This document shows positions 57,331-64,000 of a stretch of DNA of 64,000 bases, one piece after another. Numbering within the stretch: position 1 is the first letter of the stretch; each line of letters starts with the position of its first letter. Origin of the DNA: a virus (taxonomy: Duplodnaviria > Caudoviricetes); the IMG/VR virus record IMGVR_UViG_3300033121_001167, positions 1 through 64,000 of that record, one strand, 5' to 3'. The position numbers and the translations under genes were made by a program. The notes beneath the pieces are model-generated. The model did no database searches and was not told where the DNA came from. It was given only the letters and a program-made list of their open reading frames with translations.

Positions 57331-57434
57331 TTGTTACCTTTTTTGGTTTACACCTCGGAGATTTATCCACGGCATGGTGATATAATACGAATGCTAAAAT
57401 TAGGTGCAATAAGAGCACCAAACATGTTGTTGTT

Positions 57435-58085
57435 TTATTTTTCAATCAATAAATTTTTAACTACTGGCTTTGACATCCAATGTTCTGACGTTTGAACGTG
57501 ACCTTTCCTGACCAATTTAACCACATTCTTTTTAAAATCATCGTACCGAAACTGCTCAATATTGCGTATTACCAACCCCTCAATTTTTGTTTTATCCAGA
57601 CTTTGATATATCTCCTTGACAATCTTCTCATCGTACTTCCCGACATAGTAAATTTTTGGAAACGAAAATCCAAAAGCATCAGCATAATATTTGGTTTCGT
57701 CCCAACTTAAACACTCATTCTTTTCATTCCAGATATTCAGCAAAAAACAATAAGTGGGTAGTGAATCATAAAAAATTGAATGGTGGGCATAACAATTTTC
57801 AAACACAAACCGCCATCCTTCTGGAATTTCGTGTTGAAAAGTTGCTGCAAATGCTTTTGACCAACTACGAGATGGATGATCTCCACTATCAAGTGAACGA
57901 GCGTGGGTGTCAGTTTTATAAACACTGAGCGACTCGCCGTCCATTTTCTCCGAAACAACTACATCAAATGTCTTGAATAATTCATAATCATCCAATGACA
58001 TCATTCGGTCATCATTTTGCAGACCCTCCGAAAATGGTAAGTGGAATGTTTTTGGATACTTGACTTTAGAAGTTTCCATATTCAC
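57435..58085 (-). CDS. ATP-dependent RNA ligase (nucleotidyltransferase family)
   Basis: KYPKTFHLPFS, EKMDGE (motif I), EGLVIR, KLVRKGHVQT. Confidence 0.88.
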   Translation of the reverse strand: MNMETSKVKYPKTFHLPFSEGLQNDDRMMSLDDYELFKTFDVVVSEKMDGESLSVYKTDTHARSLDSGDHPSRSWSKAFAATFQHEIPEGWRFVFENCYAHHSIFYDSLPTYCFLLNIWNEKNECLSWDETKYYADAFGFSFPKIYYVGKYDEKIVKEIYQSLDKTKIEGLVIRNIEQFRYDDFKKNVVKLVRKGHVQTSEHWMSKPVVKNLLIEK

Positions 58086-58971
58086 ATTGTAAAGTTTTTA
58101 AACCTAAATTTCTCCACATTTCAACTACTTGGTCACGATCATCAATTACTGCGATTACGTTGTATTTTGGCTCAATATATTCCCAAAATATCTCTTCCTT
58201 AATAATCGAGTCCTTTCGTTGATCTCCAGTTTTACGCATTATCAACTGATTACATGTGATTCCATTATGGGCAAGCCAGTTTCTGGTTTCATTTTTGCAA
58301 TTGTCCTCGCGACCACTTACGATCAATACCTTGTAAAATGCACCAAGTCTATTCACAATAGTTTTGACTGATACATCACAATCATCCAATTGAACTTTTG
58401 TGTAATCATACGGGCTTCGTTTTCCACTTGTATGAGCCAATGTACCATCAATATCCACAATGATAGCATCGTTCTTCTTCTCATCATGCACTGGTGCGAT
58501 ATACCGCTTCACGACTGGTGGGGCGACTTTGAAATCAAAACTATCAAGCAACTGTAAATAATCCTTCCATTGCTTTTTAATCACATCTTTTCCAACGGAT
58601 CGTTCGCGTTTTAAATCACGTTCAATTGCAGTTTCCAAAGGTATGCCAAATATCTGGTAAGTGACTGTGGCAGTATGTTTTACAATACTGGCAATCGCAT
58701 CAATGTATTTTGATTTGAGATTAGTAGCATCATAAATGACATTGTAACCATTGTTGATCAACGTGTCAATACTTGATTTTACCATCTTTGTAATGATGGT
58801 TTCAAGTTTGGTGTCAACGACACCCTTATTTTGCCAAACATAGCGAAAATCGTCACGAGAAACGATACACCATTTGTCGTTTTTAGCAACAAAGTCTTTA
58901 GCCCACGTTGATTTTCCACTGGCTGAAATCCCGATTAGAATTTTCAGTTCACACTTCTTCATCGCAATCAT
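58066..58971 (-). CDS. pseT: Polynucleotide 5'-kinase/3'-phosphatase (T4 PseT-like)
   Basis: GISASGKST P-loop plus HAD DIDGTL, IDDR. Confidence 0.95.
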   Translation of the reverse strand: MIAMKKCELKILIGISASGKSTWAKDFVAKNDKWCIVSRDDFRYVWQNKGVVDTKLETIITKMVKSSIDTLINNGYNVIYDATNLKSKYIDAIASIVKHTATVTYQIFGIPLETAIERDLKRERSVGKDVIKKQWKDYLQLLDSFDFKVAPPVVKRYIAPVHDEKKNDAIIVDIDGTLAHTSGKRSPYDYTKVQLDDCDVSVKTIVNRLGAFYKVLIVSGREDNCKNETRNWLAHNGITCNQLIMRKTGDQRKDSIIKEEIFWEYIEPKYNVIAVIDDRDQVVEMWRNLGLKTLQCEYGNF

Positions 58972-59380
58972 ATTCTGGATCGTGTGTAAATGAAAATGTA
59001 TCCACTTCTCTGTTAAGTTCTGAACAGGAAGAATATAGTTTTAATTCCACTGTTAACATATCGCCAACAATTTCGGATATTTCGTTAATCTGAATACAGG
59101 TAGAGCGTTTAGTCTCGTGATCATTGTACCATACACCATTCCCTTGTATTCCACAGGGAAGATGGTTATACATATCAAGATCATCAAGTGTACTTTCATA
59201 ATCAAAGCACCAATCGTTCAGATAATCGCCGCCATCAACATCCGTAAAATGGATTTTAATATTCCTTCTCTCAGGTGTTGAATCAATCGTGAGGGTGAAG
59301 TTTTCTAATGGAGACTCCTCGCCGATATACCATCCCATGTCAATCATTTGTTGTCCGGTCAAAAACAATTCCGTTTGCAT
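58949..59380 (-). CDS. Hypothetical acidic protein (start re-called at MQTELF)
   Basis: First gene after the promoter at 59412-59443. Confidence 0.6.
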   Translation of the reverse strand: MQTELFLTGQQMIDMGWYIGEESPLENFTLTIDSTPERRNIKIHFTDVDGGDYLNDWCFDYESTLDDLDMYNHLPCGIQGNGVWYNDHETKRSTCIQINEISEIVGDMLTVELKLYSSCSELNREVDTFSFTHDPEYDCDEEV

Positions 59381-59411
59381 AAGTAAGTAAGTTTTGTTGT
59401 TAATAATACTA

Positions 59412-59443
59412 CAAAGATACGGCAATTTTTAACAGTTTGCAAA
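59412..59443 (-). promoter_or_regulatory. Bacteroidota-type promoter
   Basis: TTTG-N20-TATCTTTG. Confidence 0.78.
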
Positions 59444-59483
59444 TTTATTTTGCAAATGAAATGTTAACGCAAGAATTTCGCAA

Positions 59484-60050
59484 TTAGCGTTCTTTCCATC
59501 CACTGTATTTTTTACGCCAAGTTTTTGGATTTGATTTCGTACCAGCAAGCCCCCACAAACCAAGTTTATTTCGTTTTGCAGTTGCTTGCAATTCTTTTAA
59601 CCGTTTAGTTTCTAATTTTGGCATATTTGCTTCATCGCGAAACCAAGCATGTCCGTTTTTCAGCATAAAAACACTCACATCAACACTGTCAACAAAAACT
59701 CGGCAAACTGATCGATCAAACATGTCGGTATAAACTGGAACAATTTGCAATTGTTTACCACGAACTAATCTTCGCAGTACGTCGGCGGCTTCCAAAGAAC
59801 CGGGCTGACGTTTTGTAACATAAATGGATGGACGTTCCGGAGCATCAATTCCATATAATCTAATATGGTACGTCGTATCTGTCACTATGGTGTCATTTAT
59901 AGCAAAAGTTTTTACAGTTGGACTATCGCCATCAAAACAACCTATACCAACTGCTGTGTATGATTGTGTTTTAACCGATTTAAACTGATGTATAGTAGTA
60001 CAATTTGCAAACAGAAGTGCAAAAATTACCAAATAAAATGCAGATTTCAT
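59484..60050 (-). CDS. Staphylococcal-nuclease-like (SNase) protein with lipoprotein-like signal
   Basis: FDGDS, IRLYGIDAPE, DMFDRSV, GHAW, KLGLW; N-terminal ...LLFANC. Confidence 0.92.
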   Translation of the reverse strand: MKSAFYLVIFALLFANCTTIHQFKSVKTQSYTAVGIGCFDGDSPTVKTFAINDTIVTDTTYHIRLYGIDAPERPSIYVTKRQPGSLEAADVLRRLVRGKQLQIVPVYTDMFDRSVCRVFVDSVDVSVFMLKNGHAWFRDEANMPKLETKRLKELQATAKRNKLGLWGLAGTKSNPKTWRKKYSGWKER

Positions 60051-60235
60051 AATTTATTTCCTTTTATTATTGCTCTATATTGAAGAATTAGTATTGAAGG
60101 GATTATTAAAATACCCATTGTTTGAAAAATTGAAATTTCGCAAATGTGGAAATAGTCCAACCATTCGTTTATCAAAAATTGCAAAAGTAAAACAATTACA
60201 ATCCATATAATGATGTACTTAATCGTTTCACTCAT
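60047..60235 (-). CDS. Small membrane protein, 62 aa
   Basis: Two hydrophobic helices. Confidence 0.55.
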   Translation of the reverse strand: MSETIKYIIIWIVIVLLLQFLINEWLDYFHICEISIFQTMGILIIPSILILQYRAIIKGNKL

Positions 60236-60578
60236 AACTGATTGAATTTAGATAAATTTGATCGGGCATTAATTGTGTAAGAATTTGAAATAATGTTTTT
60301 ACGATGTACGGGAGCGATGTGTTTTCAACATTCAAACAGTCAAACAAATCAATATCGGCATCGTCAACTGACTTAATTAACTTGTTTTCAATCATCGCTA
60401 CAAACCACGACTCAATATCAATTCCATTTATCATCAATGTTGTTGGCAGCGAATGCTCAGCCCCAATTTCAACTGTGAATGCTAATGATGTTGGACGCAC
60501 TTTCCCATTTTCAAGAATGTTGAAATGGATTGGTCGTATTGCAATTGTTTGTCGGAAATACCCTGTTTCTATTTTCAT
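60228..60578 (-). CDS. Hypothetical protein, faintly QueD/PTPS (T-fold)-like
   Basis: Length and C-terminal pattern (NTSLPYIVKTLFQIL...LNSISYE); metal-binding His not evident. Confidence 0.3.
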   Translation of the reverse strand: MKIETGYFRQTIAIRPIHFNILENGKVRPTSLAFTVEIGAEHSLPTTLMINGIDIESWFVAMIENKLIKSVDDADIDLFDCLNVENTSLPYIVKTLFQILTQLMPDQIYLNSISYE

Positions 60579-60586
60579 AATTTATT

Positions 60587-61603
60587 TCATTTTAGTTCAC
60601 ACTGTCCTCCACTGCATGCCAGTTCACCAGTCAAATCAGTGTTGTCATCCAACTCAATGACTTTGGTTAGGTCAACGGCAGTTAAGGTTTTTAATAACTC
60701 ACTATATTCATCTTCAGTGCAGTCTGTAAATGGGGCTTGTATATATGTCCCGTTATCATATGGGAGTACGGAAAGCCCATTATAATACTTTTTGTTTTTC
60801 CACATCCATTTTCCTACCTCCTCCCATTCTTCAGGTTTAATTGACACGGTGGCTGACACATTATGAGTATTTTGTCCGTCAATGTGGGCTGGTTTAATCC
60901 ATTCAACATAAAACTTCTTAATTCTTTCAAGTAAATCAAGCGGGGATTCGCTTCTTAAAATTGCATTATCCGGGGCCTTTTGTGGAATTGAAATAACTGC
61001 GGTATCATGCGGGCGGAAGTATTCATCTTCTACCAATTCAGGATGATAAATTGATAAATATGTGTAAATTGCTTCGTTTTTATTAACACGGATCCGCCGA
61101 ATATAATAATCATTATGCCAAGCATGAATTCCACTTGATGTCCCCAATACCAAACTGCTCGTTCCTGCCGGTTTTACGCAGGTTGTTCTGGCTGATGAAT
61201 TTATACCAATTAATTTAGCCACTTGTTTATTGGTTTCATTTACTAAATTGGCCGCGGCAGTTAAATTAAAATGTTGGGCCTTTCCACTTCCTATCCCGGT
61301 CATCGAAATTCCCAATAGTGCATCTTTTTCAGTAGTTCGTTGCCAAATTAGCCTCAAATAATGGAAATCGGTATAACTCGCTTGTAATGTACCAATTATC
61401 GTAGCAGCCCGCACCCGAGAATTTAAATCTTCCTGCGATTCGATATCCGAAACATTCACTTCACATAAATTACAAAATTGAAATGGTCTAAGGGCGATTT
61501 CACAATTATGTACCAAAAGTCCATTCGCAAAGAAATTATGATTATTTTCAACTGAAATATCATAAACATCTACAACAACTTCTATCTGTCTAATCTTTAA
61601 CAT
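60587..61603 (-). CDS. nrdJ: Class II (B12) ribonucleotide reductase, C-half: 33-aa IntC plus 305-aa C-extein
   Basis: ...LLVHN|CEIALRPFQFCNL; TCVKPAGT; C-terminal CSGGQC. Confidence 0.95.
   Translation of the reverse strand: MLKIRQIEVVVDVYDISVENNHNFFANGLLVHNCEIALRPFQFCNLCEVNVSDIESQEDLNSRVRAATIIGTLQASYTDFHYLRLIWQRTTEKDALLGISMTGIGSGKAQHFNLTAAANLVNETNKQVAKLIGINSSARTTCVKPAGTSSLVLGTSSGIHAWHNDYYIRRIRVNKNEAIYTYLSIYHPELVEDEYFRPHDTAVISIPQKAPDNAILRSESPLDLLERIKKFYVEWIKPAHIDGQNTHNVSATVSIKPEEWEEVGKWMWKNKKYYNGLSVLPYDNGTYIQAPFTDCTEDEYSELLKTLTAVDLTKVIELDDNTDLTGELACSGGQCELK
61505..61603 (-). mobile_element. Split intein C-fragment (33 aa)
   Basis: DVYDISVENNHNFFANGLLVHN followed by Cys. Confidence 0.95.
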
Positions 61604-62636
61604 TTATATTATCCTTTGAGTCTATTAACGCATTTTTAATGAAATTAAAGTCCTTATCTGGGTTCTTTTGAGTCAAAATATACCGCAAACCATTTTCTTT
61701 TGAATAGTTCATAGCCGCTAAAATCTTATTTTCATAATAATCTTGAAGTGGTTGATTGTAGAAACCACCTTTGGTTTCAAATAAAATCAATTCACTATCA
61801 ATTTCAATAAGAAAGTCAGGAATGTGAAAGCCATCCTTATTTATTGTTTCAATTCTAATAGTTTCATATTCCCACCAAATTCCAGTTTCTTCAAAAAACT
61901 CAATAAATGATTTCTCAAATCCACTTTTCACATATATATTTTCTTGCAATTTGCGATTAAATTTGAAACCAGTGAGTATTTCATGTTTAAAAAAACTTGG
62001 ACGGATTTTCTTTATCCTTGTATTATTTCTGATTGTATTAACTCCATGAATCCTGGTCCACAATCTTTGTATTTCGTCATCTGGCAATGTGTCTAACCAC
62101 TCAGTGGTTGGAATGATATTGTTGGTAATAAGCAGGATCAATTTCGTGAATTCATCTTCCCAATTATTAAATCGTTGTATGATTTGTTTTTTGCGGCAAA
62201 TTACACTCTTTGAATAATCTGATCTAAATTTAGAATATGCCTTAAGAATTTCATCATCTGACATGAAATCACATTCAATACCATTATTTCTAAGCCTTGA
62301 CCGTTTAAAATTTACCGAATTGACTTCGGTATTGAATAGTTTGCCAGGTTGCATTAAAGTCTTTTGGTATAATTCACTCCCATTCTTTGAAAGAAATTTC
62401 ATCTTCTTTGAATGTTCTGGTCGAGAAATACCAAACTTTGGTTCACATATAGTATTTCCACATGTTCGTTTCAAATACTTCCCAATAAGACTTTGGGCAC
62501 TATTAACTAATAATTTAATTTTACCACATTTGCATTTTGGTGATGTATTTCTACATAAATAATTGGCGGTATCTAAGTCAAGATTATGAAATGTGGCTAA
62601 TTCAATTATGTCTTCAATCGGCGTTTTTATTTTCAT
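61590..62636 (-). CDS. Free-standing PD-(D/E)XK endonuclease (T7 endo I/TnsA-like C-terminus)
   Basis: KSGFE...WEYE...HIPDF...FETKG; N-terminal CKCG...CG zinc-finger-like motif. Confidence 0.8.
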   Translation of the reverse strand: MKIKTPIEDIIELATFHNLDLDTANYLCRNTSPKCKCGKIKLLVNSAQSLIGKYLKRTCGNTICEPKFGISRPEHSKKMKFLSKNGSELYQKTLMQPGKLFNTEVNSVNFKRSRLRNNGIECDFMSDDEILKAYSKFRSDYSKSVICRKKQIIQRFNNWEDEFTKLILLITNNIIPTTEWLDTLPDDEIQRLWTRIHGVNTIRNNTRIKKIRPSFFKHEILTGFKFNRKLQENIYVKSGFEKSFIEFFEETGIWWEYETIRIETINKDGFHIPDFLIEIDSELILFETKGGFYNQPLQDYYENKILAAMNYSKENGLRYILTQKNPDKDFNFIKNALIDSKDNINVKD

Positions 62637-63904
62637 ATTTCCACTAACTCATCCATTTCATCTAAATTTTGCGCTTCAACCCAACCACGATTGGTCGTGT
62701 AAATTTTATGATCTGGTGTACATCTTATTACCTTTCCATTATATTCAAGTTCAATTAAAGTTTTGGATTTTTTAGTTAAAATTCCATCAGTAATACGATT
62801 CCATTCAAGTTGGTTGGTATCTTCATTCAATGTCAATACAAATGGCCCAATTAAATTAGTTTGACATATATCAACTAAATTTTTAATTGGAATTTGGTAT
62901 GATTGAGTTAAACTCCCATCAATATTTTCATCTCGAACTGTAATTAAAGTATCACCAACTAAACAGCATGGGTTGGTTCCCCAGTCCTTATCATTTGTCA
63001 AATAAATTCCTGGTTCTCCAGCATTACTCAATTCAATACGTTTCCATAAATCAAAGAAAAATTCCTCTGTAACTTTATGCCGCAATAAAACTGCGCTATT
63101 GTTTGCTCTACCTCGTTGTGAATTCAATTCCCACCAGTTTCCGCTTTTGCATGAAATCATTTCGTCGTCATTTGCACTAAATAGTGAGATTAGGGCTGCG
63201 CGACGAATACCACCGGCCAACACCGAGTCTGCAATGTGACAAATAATGTCATGTACTTCAATAGGACGTAGTTTATCGCCATTATTTTTTGATTCTAAAA
63301 TGCCTTCAATTTTAATCAAACATTCCTTCAATGGTTGTGGTCCGGGTGCCTTACCACCAGATGTAATCAGCCGAACTCCCTTTGGGCGAATGTCGCCAAA
63401 ATCAAAAACAATTTTAGACCCGCCGTAAAAATACGATTTCATCAATGTTTTGATTGCGTCCGCCCACCCTTCAATGTTATCGGCAATTAACCACCGTCTG
63501 GTTCTGTCTTGTTTCGGCTTTACAATTTCGGGAAGTTTTTCAACATGATGATGTTGTACTGAAAATCCAATACCAGTACCACCCAGCAACAAAAACATAA
63601 TTTCAGAAAACGCTCGCCAATCATCAACTGGAAGGTATGCACAATTGTAAATTCGCGTCGGATTTAATTCAATTGGCTTTCCCGCAAATTGCATACTCCG
63701 CATGGATGGAAGTATTTTTTTATCATATACTAATTTATACGCATTTTCAATCTCGTCACTTAATTCTGGAAATTTTTTTAAGTGCATTTCCTTGTTTCTA
63801 TCAACCAGTTCACTCCACGTTTCACGTCTTTGTTTTTCTGGTATGTATTTAGCATACTTCATAAAAACAGTAATATCACTTAAAATTCTTTGGCTTAATT
63901 CCAT
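62633..63904 (-). CDS. nrdJ: Class II ribonucleotide reductase, N-half: 313-aa N-extein plus 110-aa IntN
   Basis: LPSMRSMQFAG, YNCA, GGIRRAA, GTNPC|CLVGDT. Confidence 0.95.
   Translation of the reverse strand: MELSQRILSDITVFMKYAKYIPEKQRRETWSELVDRNKEMHLKKFPELSDEIENAYKLVYDKKILPSMRSMQFAGKPIELNPTRIYNCAYLPVDDWRAFSEIMFLLLGGTGIGFSVQHHHVEKLPEIVKPKQDRTRRWLIADNIEGWADAIKTLMKSYFYGGSKIVFDFGDIRPKGVRLITSGGKAPGPQPLKECLIKIEGILESKNNGDKLRPIEVHDIICHIADSVLAGGIRRAALISLFSANDDEMISCKSGNWWELNSQRGRANNSAVLLRHKVTEEFFFDLWKRIELSNAGEPGIYLTNDKDWGTNPCCLVGDTLITVRDENIDGSLTQSYQIPIKNLVDICQTNLIGPFVLTLNEDTNQLEWNRITDGILTKKSKTLIELEYNGKVIRCTPDHKIYTTNRGWVEAQNLDEMDELVEI
62636..62965 (-). mobile_element. Split intein N-fragment (110 aa)
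   Basis: CLVGDT block A; RCTPDHKI block B; ends GWVEAQNL... Confidence 0.95.
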
Positions 63905-64000
63905 TTAAAATAAATCCATGTTTTGAGGTTCTTGTCTGTGTGAATTCAGTGCATTTTGGACTCGCTGTGATGCTAATTGAAGTCCGTATTCATCGTCGGT
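63905..64000 (-). CDS. 3' end of an upstream gene (partial)
   Basis: Open frame TDDEYGLQLASQ...MDLF* ends 1 nt before the nrdJ ATG. Confidence 0.55.
   Translation of the reverse strand, partial: TDDEYGLQLASQRVQNALNSHRQEPQNMDLF

Noticed and set aside
41350-62636. Group I introns, rather than split inteins, bridging the fractured genes
   Set aside because: The endonuclease ORFs overlap or nearly abut both halves, leaving at most 59 nt, and the halves carry complete intein motifs.
1-64000. Plus-strand ORFs in the six-frame track (e.g. 2425..2937, 56353..57042, 15860..16264)
   Set aside because: All are antisense shadows of well-supported minus-strand genes and show no recognisable motifs.
1-64000. 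Reverse transcriptase, template repeat or Avd of the DGR
   Set aside because: No ORF shows RT motifs and I saw no third GC-rich, AAC-rich copy of the VR; this was checked by eye only.
1-64000. tRNA genes, rRNA or CRISPR array
   Set aside because: Intergenic gaps are short and mostly filled by small ORFs; no cloverleaf or regularly spaced repeats were seen.
1-64000. Stop-codon reassignment
   Set aside because: Conserved genes are full length in the standard code, and TAG ends a gene 1 nt before the next ATG (8508-8510).

Overview
A 64-kb segment of a large, AT-rich dsDNA bacteriophage with essentially every credible gene on the minus strand. It has a T4-like replisome (family-B polymerase, sliding clamp, two clamp-loader subunits), class II RNR, ThyX, dUTPase, DenV, a PNK/RNA-ligase pair and three DNA methyltransferases. 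TTTG-N20/21-TAnnTTTG promoters and a DUF4494-like gene point to a Bacteroidota host (inference). Three things stand out. (1) There are three copies of a GC-rich, stand-alone FGE-sulfatase/C-type-lectin-fold gene (1-231 partial, 2479-3135, 26960-27634). The two complete copies differ in their last 46 codons in the pattern expected of diversity-generating-retroelement (DGR) mutagenesis of AAC/AAT codons, and they share a near-identical 92-nt non-coding tail. I saw no reverse transcriptase, template repeat or Avd in the window, so these look like dispersed DGR targets served from elsewhere. (2) Two essential genes, the clamp loader and nrdJ, are fractured into split-intein halves, each separated by a different free-standing endonuclease. 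The clamp-loader intein is atypically split, with a 27-aa N-fragment. (3) A ~31-kb island holds about ten glycosyltransferase-like genes, two epimerases, two methyltransferases, a deacetylase and two tail-like genes. I found no tRNA, rRNA or CRISPR array. All product calls come from motif recognition by eye; no database searches were run.
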